Shown here in pieces: positions 11,775-25,387 of a stretch of 64,000 bases of DNA. How positions within the stretch are numbered: position 1 is the first letter of the stretch; each line of letters begins with the position of its first letter. Location: the NCBI GenBank assembly GCA_024137785.1, contig JAHRHZ010000040.1, positions 9,527,649-9,591,648 on the forward strand. The letters run 5' to 3'. The notes beneath the pieces are model-generated. The model was not told where the DNA came from, did no database searches, and saw only the letters and a program-made list of their open reading frames with translations. The DNA is from Ginglymostoma cirratum (Eukaryota). Made by a program: the position numbers and the translations under genes.

Positions 11775-13653
11775 AGTTTGCTTTATATTTAAAAGTCTGT
11801 AGCCGTGTGGGTACATCTTACATTCTTTCTCATCTTGGGCCAGTCATATTTGTATGTCTACCCGCATGTTTGTGCTGATTGATTGTCGAAAACAGGCTGT
11901 TTCTAACAGATCCCAACCTCCACAATAGACGCAACCAAGTGACAACAGTAATGATTTGTTTATTTCCCCCACTAAAAGGATAAGAAGGAGATATCTCATG
12001 TTATTGAGTCAGGACTCAAAGAAAACAAACATCTGCACCAGCTTTGCATCCTTGGAGCTCAGGCATGGCCGCTGACCCTGCGGAAAAAGAAGTTCTGATC
12101 TTAAAAACGAGCAATAAAAACCTTTTAAGCATAATGTCGCCTCGTTAACAAAGAAGCAGGGCAGCTGTAGGCTTTAAGTTCAAGGTGATTCTAACGGTAA
12201 CGCGGTTAAGTGCTGCAAACTCAGTTCTGCCAAGTTGCAGGGAGGTTCTACAGGTTTCTAGACGAGGTGGCATTTTAAGGAATTTCAGATTCTAACAGAA
12301 ACAGGTACCAACCAGGAACAGAATCGCTTCATTAGATTTCCCCCTGTCCTGTTACTAACTAAACCACATGTATTGGCAGAGGTCTCCTAAGGCCATTGCC
12401 ACCTGGACTTGTAGCTGACCCCAAGCAGGTTGGCAGAGGTCAGTACCTTTGGCCGGCTGGGCAAAGTACAAAGTCCAGATCATTATTCAGTTATGCATTG
12501 TTAGGGCATTCGGGCATTGGACAATCCTCAACCCCACAATCCCGTCCCACCCCCCACCCCCACTACCCCACATCTCATTCGCACCCGATGGCTATTTAGA
12601 CAGAGGGATCAGCGATGTCAAGTATCCATAATCCGTGGAATTTCACACCAGTGAGTCACCGACCAGATTAGCTTTCATTGTATAGTTCATTCGTTAAAAC
12701 TTCAAGCATTAAAATATGATCTTAAACGGAAACACATGTTAAGGCACGTCTAAGCAACAGGCCGTTTTGGTCGTGGCGTTGTAGCGCACTCAAGGTGTGG
12801 CTGCCTGGAGACATTGTCACTGAAATTGCCTGCCAGCATTCATTGAAGATGCCGCAAGGCTCTGCGGTGTCTATAGCGCTTTAGCTAAAGCCCTCACCGA
12901 ACAGTTGACGGTGAGTTCAAGTGCTACTTAAAAGGATATCACCATTTAAATTCACCATTTCACCATCACAGCTGGAGCTATGAAGAGAAGATCTGAAACA
13001 CATCTGGGGGCTTTCTGAGACACTTTCTCACGGGCTTCGCAGACACCCCAATTCTGGAAATTATCTGAGTACTTCCTAATAGTGAGTTCCGTGCTCCTCA
13101 ACTTTAGAGGAGCCGGCAGGAGAAAAAAAAAGACCAAACCGAACAGCGCCGACTACGGCAGCAGAGGAGGCTGAGGTGAACTGAGGTCCATCAGGATCTC
13201 TTCCATAAGGCCTCCAGTACTACAGCCAATAACCTTTACAGTCCCCTTCTTTGCGGGCAGTCAAAAACCTGCTGCTGTGTGCCCGCAAGAAGCACTGTAC
13301 AACTTCATTGGAAGTGGGTGTAAAGTTCCCCCATATACAGCTCCATGAAAACTGTGTCTATTTGGCATGTTAACGCTGCAACTACAACATGATCGAACCA
13401 TATTAATCATCACTTAGTCTGAAATTGTGAGCTAATATCCGGCCTTTCAAACTGGCATTTCTTATTAACAAGGCACCCATTTAATAGCTGTTGATTTAAA
13501 GTACTTGTGTTTTGATCTTATACATTTTTTTATTTTGAAAGTGAAATGGAAAAGCGGTATCTTCACTTTTGGTTACAGAAAGGCAGTAACAAACAGGTAT
13601 TTAACCTTTAAATTGTTGATTATGCCAACCCTGTCCTTGGTATTTTTTTCAAT

Positions 13654-13745
13654 TTGAAGAAGGGTCTAGGCCCGAAATGCCAGCCTTCCTGCTCCTCTGA
13701 TGCTGCTTGGCCTGCTGTGTTCATCCAGCTCTACACCTTGTTATC
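13654..13745 (+). mobile_element. Hammerhead-motif short element (family A), decayed core
   Basis: TTGAAGAAGGGTCTAGGCCCGAAATGCC followed by the family A body. Confidence 0.75.
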
Positions 13746-15299
13746 AATAATTCATATATTGGGGGAGATTTTTCAATTTTATTAGTCTCTTTTTGGTTTG
13801 TTCTAAAATATTCACTATTTTAATTTCAGTTTTAAAATCTGACTTACTTATATGATAGTTTTACTTTATTTTAAGCTTAACTTCCCAATGTATTTCTTCT
13901 CCTGTGCCAAGAGCACCCTACACTCCATTATTAAACTGGGCTGCACACCTCTTAAATTTGTTTCTGGTTGGTTTCAACCCATTATCAAAGATTGGTTTTC
14001 CACTCAGCCACGAGACTAAACACGACTGTTAACTCTATTATCTCAATGGCATTTGTAGATCAAAATTTAACAGTTTTGTTGGTTTCCTGTTTTAAGTACA
14101 AAATTGCAAATAGAATAACCAATCAGCAGTCTAGCAGAGACTGTACACCAAACTAATCTGTCACATCACTAACATTCCAATAGCATGTTTTTATTTGAAC
14201 TATTCCTGAATATGGACCTTTGGTTCTCACTATATGGTATTCTGTTTGTAAGAACAGAAAAATGTTTGGAACAACCTTGACCTGTCATATTCCACATACC
14301 ATATTCCTGAGATTTCAATTACCCCAACCATAAAATCTGTTTCTAGAGCACACAAAACAACACTTTTCACTATCTCAGTACATGAGACCACAATAAATCA
14401 AATCAAACTACCTCTCAATCCGTAAAGGGATACGTTGCTACTTGGTGTGGGTATGTGATTTTTTTAAAACAAAAGTAGCAAATAAGCTGATTTTAATCAT
14501 TTGGGAGTTTGTACTACACCTGTTTCTCACAGGGATGTTTTGATTAAAATTGAAGGATTAAGAAGTACTGTATGCTTCTATGTCCATAAAGCCAGTTACA
14601 CTGTTCTGAATCAACAACTTATCCGATTCTTTTTAAAGATGTGCAACAGTAACAGTTTTGTTTTCTGTGAGCCTGTTTCGTACATCTATTTCAGTGCTCC
14701 TTTCAAGCTTGTTAATGTTGTGCTCATTCAGTTCCACAAATCACCTAATCACATCTCCGTTATTTATTGCTTTCAACATGTTAATGACCTATTTCATGTG
14801 CCCTTTTGATCTTCTTCCTTACATAGAAAAATCAAATGCACTCTGTAACATAAAATATAGCTATATTGATACTTCTGTTTTGCTGCAAATCACCTGCTAC
14901 TTTGCAGCAATGCCAGAGAGGCTTTAAGATCCAAAGACCTACAGTGTGCAACTCATAGGTCCTCATACGCATTGTGAATTCAATATCTGTGCAGCTTAGC
15001 TCCAATGGCATGCCCAGTTGCATTTAAAAAGTGCTTGGCGATACATTCAATCTCCTGGACACTTTGTAAACCTAGGCAGAATCTTCTGTAATAATTAGTT
15101 TGTTAAAAAAAGACACTTCCGCAAATGCTCCAAAAATATTATAAACATATTTAAGTGGAAAGATTATGGTTGGCAGCCAAGCAAATTCATTAAGACATGG
15201 TATCGCAAATCAAACTGTGAACCTACTGATCTCAGATACAACAGTCTCTTGTTTTTTTTGGGTTTTCAGTACTAGAATCATTCTTATCAATTATAACCA

Positions 15300-15438
15300 T
15301 TTATGTTTGCAAAACGGCTGCCTCATTTATCTACATACAACAGTCATTTCATGCCAATATGATTAATTGGATGTGAAGTACTTTGAGATGTTTGTCAATA
15401 GCTTAATAAAGAGTATTATGTGAATGCAAGTCTTTTTT
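15300..15438 (+). mobile_element. Degraded Deu-domain SINE 3' fragment
   Basis: GGCTGCCTCATTTATCTACATACAACAGTCA...ATTGGATGTGAAGTACTTTGAGATG...GAATGCAAGTCTTTT resembles the SacSINE1/AmnSINE1 3' part. A related fragment lies at 33380-33545. Confidence 0.5.
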
Positions 15439-18400
15439 AATCTCTATAATCTAATTGTCAAATTTTGTCTATGTTGAAATGAAGATGGATACAATCATTC
15501 CCATCAAAATGTCTTTTACAATATTGAGATTTCCTCAGATGATGAAACTTCTAATGTGACCAGGAGTAAATATGGCATCATAAGAAATAAGCAGAATTGA
15601 GATTCATTGTACCATTATCACTTTTGGAAAAGGCTTACAAGGTCTTTCCTCCAGATCTGTCCAATGCAACAAAATTTAACATGCGCTTGAAGACTTTAGA
15701 ATGATATTTTTCAGTTAGGTAGTTAAAAATTAATTAGTATTTGAAACATTTTCTTGTAAAAAATTGAGATTTAGTATATTTACTATAAGCAGTTTTGCAT
15801 TCTGTGTTATAACAAACTGGTAAGAAGTCTCTCTTATTTATGTAAATACAAAAATGTAAGTTAAATCATGGCATGTGTCCCATTTTCATTATTATTTACT
15901 CACAAAAACTCAATAATAGCTTGATCTATGTGAAACAATCATAAGATTGATCTGACTCTGAAAGTGCAATTTAAAGCTGTGGTTTCTTAAAGTTTACTTT
16001 TTGAAGGCTGACTGTCTCAACACTGCTAATATGGCAATGATAACTCAGTGTGACATTCAACCCGCCTGATCCTTCACAAGTGTCTAATAGTTTGGGGTTA
16101 TGGCCTGGTCTGTTTATAAAACCTCTTTAACTGTTTAGGCCTCAAGCAAGTAACATTCATTTAACAGAATGTTCATTTTCTGTTCTTTTTTCTACTTTAC
16201 CTTTTAAATCTGAGTGAGTTTTTTTTCCCTTTTCCTACTAATTCATGAATCTGCTTTGCTTGCTTGACTTGGATTTGTTGAAATCAGTAAGGTAGTATTT
16301 GATCAGTGCCCAGATTACACTCTTAGGCCCCTACTATCATTTGGCAAAATGCATCAAGAGCTTCCTATGCTAGTATTGCTCTTCAAACATCTTGCTCTGC
16401 TTCTGCTCAGTATCTCACTACTTGACATGTCTACAGATTGGGATTTAAGTGTAAAAGGAATGTAAATCTTAAATTAATTCACTAATTCTCAGCACTATAC
16501 TCCCTTGTGATTGTTTATATTTTCAGTGGATTGAGAGCAGGGAAATTACACACTAACTCACCATGTTTTATTTTCCCTTTTATTATTAATGTATACTTTG
16601 TGTGCCAATCATGATTGTCATATGGTTGTAATGAGAAAATTTTGATTTTAATCATTTAGTATGAAATTATCAAATTATTTTATCAATAATCTGTCTTTAT
16701 AAAAATATGAAAATGCCTACCTAAAGTGGACGTAATTGTGCAGGAAAAATCACGCCTTAGTTCCCAGTTACATTGTAGTATCAGCATGGAATTATGTTTC
16801 AGACCACTGCCACTCTGTTAATCCATGCTCTCATTTGTTCGTTGTCAGATGAGTGGCTTAATGAGAGTGTCAAAGTGCAGCATTGTTTTTCACTGGGGCT
16901 AGAGGGAGGCAAGGGTGGGGAAAGGAGACAAATTCCTCACACTCTACCACAAACTAGTCTTCTGTTGGCTGGCTATGAATCTGTATTGAAGTTTATGCCA
17001 TGGATGAATATGTGATCCACTGTCTTGCAAATGAAAGATATATGGGAATGACATTTTGGCACATACAAAAGTAACAAACATGTTTTTATTTAAAAGCCAT
17101 AAATCTTGCGTATATTTGTATAAACACTGTTATAGATTACAAGTTAAGCACACTGATGCCATCCTATCCAAAATAGATTATGGCATAAATAAAACTAGAA
17201 ATGTATAACTGAAGCATTTTAAAATATGTTTCTTAATACAGCAGTACCAAAATTCAAACTGAGTCTATAGATCAACTATTGAAACTTAATCTTTTTGAAA
17301 CAGGGTAGAGTTTGCTTGAAACAAAACAAAAAATATTTTTAAAAAATATTAAAATGACCACAAATATTTAAAAAATAAACATTTATTCTATAAATAACAT
17401 TTTGTTTCTTTACTATCAAGAGAAACCATAACAATACAAAGTCCATTTTCAACCATATCCGTTAAGCCTATACTGTGAAATTAGTTTTTTTTCAGTAAAA
17501 CAAACTTCTGGCCTGAAATGCCTTACTTTATAAATTCTGTACCATTCTGAAGAAATATGCTGTTGCAATAATGTTGCTTAGCCGCATTTTTCAGAATCAT
17601 AGCAAATAATCTTCAGTGTAGATTTCAAGGGTTTGAGTTAGAGACTTGCTTCACAAGTTATTGACAAAATCCAATATTAGATTATATTAAATATTTACAC
17701 GATGAACTTAAAACTATTGGATGACTTCTGTAGATTTATTTTGCATTCACTTTTGAAAGTTTCACATAGCCTTGGATGTTATGTAAGATATCAACAGACT
17801 GAAATCAGACAATGGATGATGTGAATAGAACTGATTGTCAATATGTTTTTATTGGTCCTGGTTTCATTCTCTTGGTGATGAACTACTCCTGTAATAATGA
17901 AAATTTCTGCAGTATCACATACAAGTCAAATTGCAAAGGATAACAATTTCAAATGGCATTTGTATGTGTGACAACAGCCTTTCAGCTAGGTTTAATTGGC
18001 AATTGTAATTTTTGCATTTTGTTTTGATATGGTCATCACATTCTGATAGATTAAGTTCAAGCGTTCTTGTCACATGCCAGCATTCACCATATTTATTCTA
18101 ACATACCTGGGTATTCTTTGACAACCTGTCACATTTTGGATGCAAATTAGGACAGGAGTAGATTGGGAAGTGAGAAGTTTGTATCCCTCACCTTTGTTAT
18201 GACTTTCCTACTAAATGGTTTCTGAGCTCACTATGTCCAATTACGTAGGTAACACTTAGTGTTACTTTAAATACTTCCAAGTTTAAAGTAAAATCTGTTT
18301 AGAAAAATAGCTTAGCTCATCTGCAATGTCCTGGTATTTCATAGGGAAAGCAGGTCATACATTTCAGTGAAATGAGAGTTTATGTACAGTAAAAGTCAAG

Positions 18401-19920
18401 CTTACAAGGCATTCTTCAGCTCCACTTACTTCCTTTGCAAGAGCCACACACAATATATCATCCAGAGATGTGGCAAGCATCTACATCATCCTGGCCAGAC
18501 CACCACTGAGAAAATAAACTTGGAAGCATTCTCCCAGCACAGCTGCATGGCTGCTCCAGATCTGCAGAACGTTGCATTGTAGGAGGATGGTCATTAAAGA
18601 GATGGAAAACAAGTTCCCATGGATTTTGGGATCAAGCTAATTCTACAGCTGGACTTGTGCCTGGAATTTCACCGGGTTGTCCGGATGCAACATTTATCTT
18701 AAATTTTAATTTATGCCATTAAAACTCACTGCGATGCCAAAAACATATTGAAATATTTTAACATTAGTCCAGTGCCATTAAACTCTTATTGAACATACAA
18801 AGGTTCATAGTCAGAAGGATAAAGCCCATTCCAAACAGAGCAGATTGTACGTTTTTTTTAACTCACCCAATAGATAAGGCAAAGGGAAAAGACGGCATTG
18901 TCAAATAAACAGTGGCCCAGCAGCATAGACGTATTGATGTTTGAAAATCTATTAGGCGGGTAAAACCAGGATTCTCTTATGGAATTTTAATATGATCAAT
19001 TCCTGACCTTGGCTGACTGACTAAAATATCGACTGGAAACACTGGCGCACCCCATAGGATGGGGAGAGAAATGCAGCATTTCTTGTGTCACCCAGTACTG
19101 ACAGAGAATCTGTTTGCAGGTGGAGACCTGACAGCAGGACATTTATCTATTTTCTTAGCTGTGAAAAAGTGCCTAAGTAGGGAACAGTGTAAGCAAAACA
19201 ATGAAAAAACATGTAACAAGTGTTTCCATCAGGATTGTGTTATTGTTACTTATGTGTTTGAGAATATGCCATACTATTGAAATTGCTTGGAATGGAAAAA
19301 TACTTCATAATATTTCAGTTGTTAAAGATACAAATAGCTAATGAACTAATTTTTAAATTATCTAACAGATTTTGTTTAAAACTGATCAAAGTGACATAAA
19401 TGGTGCTCAATTCTATATTTACTGACTCCCAACAATTTCAAGTTAATCAATTGTCTATCTAATGGTGAACAGGTCTCACATGGAGTGTAGTGTAGATGGA
19501 ATTTCATCATTCACCCACAAAGATTTTATTTGTCTACATATTTTTGATTCTTGTTATTTTCACATCATGCCAGTTTTCATGTTTGAGGACAGCCATATGG
19601 ATTGTTGAGGCTTCTTGGCTATGTACTGTAACCTTATTGTCTTAATGCTGCACGGACATCATCAAACAGAAAATTAATCAAACGTTTTTTCAACTCCATG
19701 AATCTGATTTCAGGTGGATGACTGGATGCTCTAAGATTGAAAAAAGTACAGTTTAATGAGATAAAGAAGACCAAGCTATAATTCAATGCAAATCATATTG
19801 CAAAAACAGAGTTGTATTGTACTGCATCAATAGGTTTGATTTTGCATATGTGAGGCAACTTGAACACCTTGAGTTATTGATAATACATTATGGAATCTCT
19901 GCCTCACTTCCTTGGTGTCA

Positions 19921-20398
19921 TTACATTGGAGACAGTGCAGAGAAGGTCCATGAGGCTGATGAGGAGAGTTAGACAATATTGTGCCTTTGCTCACTGGAAT
20001 ATAGAAGAATGTAAGGCAACATTATTGATTAATGCAAGATTCTTAAGGAACTTGACAAGGTAAATTGTGAAAAATAGTTTCCCCTTGTGGGAGAGTCTAC
20101 AACCAGAGGGCATCACCAAAGAATAAGTGGCCCCACTTTTAAGACAGAGATGAGGAGGAATTTCTTCTCTCTGAGAATAGTGAACCTGTGGAATGCTTTA
20201 CTGGAGAGGCTGGGTCATTTAAATACATTAAACGCTGAGATGGACAAATTTTAATCAGTAGAGGAATCAAGGGTTATGGGGAAGAAGCAGGAAAGTGGAG
20301 TTGACGATTATGAGATCAGCCATGAATGCATAGAATGACAGAGAAAACTCAATGAATACTGACTTGTATACTTCTGCTCCTACATCTATGGTCTTATC
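19921..20398 (+). mobile_element. CR1 LINE 3' fragment
   Basis: GTGCAGAGAAGG...GAGATGAGGAGGAATTTCTTCTCT...GTGAACCTGTGGAATGC: typical CR1 ORF2 end plus 3' UTR, repeated many times in the window. Confidence 0.8.
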
Positions 20399-21699
20399 TC
20401 TCATTACATCTTTAGTCTGATTCTCTTTATAACCTACAATAGCTAGAGATTGAAAGAAAGGAGAGAACTGCTGTTTAAGTGTACTAATTAACCTTATCAT
20501 GCAGGCTCTAATCTAAAGGAATGGCTCGGGCTTTGTGGTTGAAAGGAAGTTGAGCTTGTTAGCATTCGTTGTCATTACTCCTCTGAAACTTTTAGCAGTT
20601 TCTAGTATCTGTACATGTGCAGTTAAACTTAGATATCTAGAAGCTACTTTCAGCATTTCCCTGCTCAGAGTGAGAAGAAAAAGACCAAGCAAGAGGCTGC
20701 AACGCCCAACAGCAAAAATTGCCTTTATCCATCTCATCAGTCTTTTGGATTTCAGCTTTAGGTGTTGCTTGCTTTCCTGATCAAGTTAATATTTGCATCA
20801 TATTTAACTGTTGCTTCTTAATAAACTATCCTAAAAATGCATAGGAGCTGGATCCACTTTTCGGGTAATCTGTGATTCCCAAACTTAAATCTTACAGTTC
20901 AAGGCGGTGAGCCAGCAAAACCTAATGCATGTGATGAAAAACAAAAGCAACCAAAAGGCACTTATTGGTCATTAGCATACCCTTGACAATGACATAATAA
21001 TGCTTTCCAAACTTCATGCATGGCAAATAGGGATCCCAAGCCTTCTGTTACCCAGTCAATTAAAGCTAGTAATTTTTCATGCACGTTCAGAATTCTTGAC
21101 TGGTAGTTCAGCTTTTTGGTAGATGCACATCTCTGTGATTTGCTGGCAAGAAGAGACAAGATGCAAGAAACATTGTAGAGATGGACTAAACAGAAAGATG
21201 AAGGTTCCAGAGCCAGACACTTCATCTGCTAGAATTTGTTAGCTGAAGCGGTGTCTTCAGAGACATACATTCAATGTTTCAGGACTTATGAATGATGGAA
21301 GGAAGGGACAGGGACAAGGGAAATCCAGGGACCTGAAGCTGCACATCAATGGCAACAGGAGAATGAAGAGCTGTACTCTGCGCCCGTCCAGAATCCACCA
21401 GGGTACCATCAGGAGCTGATCCAGGAAACAGGCAAAAGATGGGAACACCCCTTATTTTAGATTAATCAGAGCTTGAACTGACTACCTGTAGTTATCTAAC
21501 TGAAAATACCAGAGACGATTACGCCATTCTAGGCAGTCAATCATTGACCTCTGCAAAATGCTGTGAGACAACCAGCATCCAGTGGTGTTGGATGATGTCA
21601 GTGATGCTGTCGAGTTAAACTCTTATACAAATGTACCTTTTCAAGAATCTATTGGAGATGTGTTGGCTATGACAGGTGGTCAAATATTATTGCCTCAGA

Positions 21700-23000
21700 G
21701 ATTCATGAAGGTTCAATTTAAAATACCAGGAGAGTTTGTATGATTATGTAGAGTCCTGGAAAGCCTGGCTATGTTCTTATAGACTTTGGGGTCACTTCAG
21801 TCTTGTCAATTGTGCAAGGAGTTACAGAATATGCATGTTAATGGCTATGAATACTACACTGGCCAAGCCTGCTGTCTTGTCTTCATCAATAAGCAGGATG
21901 TTCTACTCTATTAACATGTTGTTAGTATGTGACTAAGAACAAAGAACAAAGAACAAAGAAAACTTACGGCCCGGGAACAGGCCCTTCGGCCCTCCAAGCC
22001 TGCGCCGATCCAAATCCACTGTCTAAACCTATCGCCCAATTCCTAAGGATCTGTATCCCTCTGCTCCCCACCTACTCATGCATCTGTCCAGACGCACCTT
22101 AAATGAATCTACCATGCCTGCCTCTACTACCTCCGCTGGCAACGCATTCCAGGCACCTACCACCCTCTGTGTAAAGTACTTTATCTATGACTATGAGAAA
22201 CACATCCTTCAAGTCTGGACCCATTTTCTGGGAAGCCCTCGTGATTCATTTATTCAGTGATGGTCGCAATACCGCATCTGTTTGAAACTGTCACACAGCT
22301 CAATAGAGGATCCTTCATAACACTTTTGTAGCGTCACAAAATAGAGTTTTTAACACCGTGAGAAACCCTAATACTGAGTTAGAGATTTAATGCATCACCT
22401 CATATTGTTTCCGCCATGCCATGACAAAGCAGAGAATTACCTTTATGGAGATGAGATTCCAGTGTCTACACCATTCATGGGCTGTTCTACAAACCAGTAA
22501 GGGGCACCACAATCATTGTAGTGTGCTGCAGTCTTAGTAATTTTGCGCAACAAAGATTCAGGAGTGGTGATGGGTGCCTTGAATCCTGACAAAAATGCAG
22601 GGCATTGTTTTTGGAAGAGGAGGCTGAGAAAGCAGTATAATGTCTAAACCTGAAGTCAGAGTACTGGTGAAGCATGCTTAAAGAGGTTTGAGAAAATCTC
22701 ATTTAGAGTCAATTCCTCAGTCCATGAGCTTATTGGAAGCTCAAGTACTCAATTACCACTGTGGACATCTACTCCACATCTGCAACATTTTCACCACTCA
22801 TCGTACAATGTAGGCACTTCAAGCATGATTAAGTCATGTACAGAGACTACGAGATAGCTAAAGGCATATACATATCTACCACTGTAATGCAACTAAATCA
22901 TCCCATGAAAATGCTAATGTTTGTTCCAATAAACTATAGCCACTTCATCTACAGCTGAGCCGGAGAGAGGGTCCTGGGTGTGTCACCCTATTTCATGAGA
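21700..23000 (+). mobile_element. Possible highly decayed Gypsy-type gag/protease remnant, interrupted by a CR1
   Basis: Broken frames resemble gag motifs (ESWKAWL; RDSFIQ..YRICLKL). Weak. Confidence 0.25.
21935..22181 (-). mobile_element. Young CR1 LINE 3' end with (AAGAACA)n tail
   Basis: AAGAACAAAGAACAAAGAACAAAGAA tail followed by ACAGGCCCTTCGGCCC; CpGs are retained. Confidence 0.85.
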
Positions 23001-23739
23001 TAACCTTGACGGCTATTGTTAGGGTGTTTCAGCCTTTGAAACAAACGGCACACTGAGAGAGTCTTTAATCTGAACAGAGGTCTCCACTGTGGCCTTTTCT
23101 ATTTGAAGTGCTTGTGTCACTAACAGAGGGGGAAAGGGAGGCATCTGTCCAATCTTGGATTGCCATGAGAAAAACCCTCAACTGTGACAGCCTGCAGTTG
23201 CTTCTCCCTCTTGGTGCATAACGGCATTCCCTTGGATATCAGAGTAGGTTGTTGACATAGATGTGATTCCAGTCTCATTGTTCCTCCATGTCATTGTCAT
23301 AGTAGAGACTAGTAAGATTTTAGTTTTTGATTATAATCCAAAAAAAATCAGAATTAAAGTTTATAAACCAAAATATGAAAAAAGTTACAAAGAGTAGCAA
23401 ACACAAGTTGTACACTCTATTATAAATAGGAAGTTATGTTAAGGTTACTTTTAAAAATACAATTAATTTAAATAGTTAGATTCTAAATTGAACATTTTCA
23501 CTGTATTTTCCATTAGATTTGAACCCCACAACTCTCATGTCAGATTGTTAGCAAAACTTGAAAGATTAATTGCTTAATCTACACTATGTCACCATTTGTA
23601 AACAGGCCAAGATTTCTTGGGTCTTCTGTTTGCCAATAGATTCAGACTAACAGACAAAGATTTTCTTTATGCAGAGAGTTTATTGACTATACAAACCAAC
23701 TGTTCTCTTTTCCAGTCGCTTCTGTTCCCCCTTTTTTTC

Positions 23740-23852
23740 AATATTTTCTAATCAACCTGTTTCAGCAAAGTTCTTAAACATCTCTAGAGAAGGTCGCACT
23801 GGAGCCCAGGCCCCCTGGTTCAGAAGTAGGGACACTACCACCGTACCACAAA
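23740..23852 (-). mobile_element. Short tRNA-like SINE fragment
   Basis: The reverse strand starts with a box A-like TGGTACGGTGG and ends AACAGGTTGATTAGAAAA. A second copy lies at about 55420-55510. Confidence 0.5.
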
Positions 23853-23910
23853 AACAACCTGTTGCCCTTTTCTATGTCTAGATATCAATTAATCAATTAA
23901 AAGCCAGCAC

Positions 23911-24010
23911 TTCTGAAGAGGGATACCTGAACCCAAAATGTTAACTCTGCTTTCTCTCCATAGACGCTGTCAGACCTGCTGAGTTTTTCCACCAATTTCT
24001 ATTTTTTATC
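23911..24010 (+). mobile_element. Hammerhead-motif short element (family B), decayed
   Basis: TTCTGAAGAGGG...CCCAAAATGTTAACTCTGCTTTCTCTCCATAGACGCTGTCAGACCTGCTGAG. Confidence 0.7.
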
Positions 24011-24224
24011 AACCATCACTTGTTCCCCTTCTAACCTTAATTACTTGTTATATTAACAGTGTTTATTTCCACCAAGTTGAGCTCTTCAAATTGTCACCTA
24101 CCATCTTCAGGTTGCGAGCTCCCTATTCAAGGTAGGTGGCCATTTTGGGTTAGAACTTGCTTCCTTCTAATCCTCAGTAACTATTGTATTTGGTATCCAG
24201 AACTTTCTCCATTCAGTTTGACTA

Positions 24225-24772
24225 TTCAGAAATGCAGTATTGGTCTTCTTATCTGAGGAAGAATGTTCATGCCATAGAGGAAGTGCAGCAAAGGATTACC
24301 AGATTGATTCCTGGAATGGTAGGACTGGCATATGAGGAAAGATTGAGTCAGTTAGGATTATATTCACTGGAGTTTAGAAGACTGAGGGAGGTCGTCATAG
24401 AAACCTATAAAATTCTAACAGTACTAAATAGGGTAGACGAGGGAAGCATATTCCCGATGGCTGGGGGAGTCCAGAACCGGGGGTCACAGTTTAAGGTTAA
24501 GAAGTAAACCTTTTAGGACTATGAGGAGAAATTTCTTCTTCCAGTGAGTGGTGGCCCTATGGAATTTACTATCACAAAAAGCAGTCAAGGCTAAAACGTT
24601 GTGTATTTTCAGGAAGGAAGTAGGTACCGCTCTTGTGGCTAAGGGGATCAAGGGATATGGAGGGAGAGTGTGATCAGGGTAATAAGCCCAAAGGTCAGTC
24701 ATATTGAATGGCAGAGAATCTCAAGGGTTCAGATGGCTTACTCCTCCTCCTATCTTCCCTGTTTCTATGTAG
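24225..24772 (+). mobile_element. CR1 LINE 3' fragment
   Basis: ORF 24184-24507 (QYWSSYLRKNVHAIEEVQQRITRLIPGMVGLAYEERLSQLGLYSLEFRRLR) is the CR1 ORF2 C-terminus. Confidence 0.9.
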
Positions 24773-24894
24773 ATTCTTTCAGTTAACAGAAGTTCTAACT
24801 TTTTCAACCAGCAGGAGTCAGCTATGGCTCAGAACTAAAAGGTGTTGGAAAGGAGGTCGAAATTATTTTCAAAAGGTAATTTCCCAACACCATC

Positions 24895-25026
24895 CAGTTT
24901 TGAAGACGAATCATACCAGAATTGACCAGAAACTGTTTTTCTCTCTGTACAGATGCTGCCGGACCTGCTGAGTTTCTCCAGCTTTCTGAATTTGTTTCAG
25001 ATTTTCAATATCTGTTGTATTTTACC
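24895..25026 (+). mobile_element. Hammerhead-family short element (family B-like), decayed
   Basis: CAGTTTTGAAGA...CAGATGCTGCCGGACCTGCTGAGTTTCTCCAGC. Confidence 0.6.
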
Positions 25027-25387
25027 TGTATCAATCTTGATATTATCCAGTAGATTTAGCAGGGATGTCCGTGGTCCACACAGCACTGGGGAACAGTTGA
25101 TGGTTAGATGTTAATGGAGGGTAATAATGTGAGAATTTGTCTGGATGCGTACAGTAATCAGTGGTGCTGGAGTCGGTGTGAGAATTAGTATAAAACTCTG
25201 ACTAGTAAAGCACGTATGCCTGGACTTTGTCTAACAACATTTAACCTCTGGTGCTTAACAGATCCTCTGAGCTTTCAACTTTTAACCACTATGAGGCATT
25301 CCTTAGGCTGACATCAGGTAGGCCATGCACACTTTAGGATTCTAACTCCTGACTGAAAAGAATACTAAAGCCAAAGAAAACTAAGTC

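Larger units (their letters stand above)
5580..13300. promoter_or_regulatory. Broad CpG-retaining (non-methylated-island-like) domain over TCF21
   Basis: CG dinucleotides are visibly much more frequent here than in the CpG-depleted flanks. Judged by eye, not computed. Confidence 0.65.

Noticed and set aside
12531-12570. C-rich tract, a potential G-quadruplex on the minus strand
   Set aside because: Low-complexity sequence with no supporting context.
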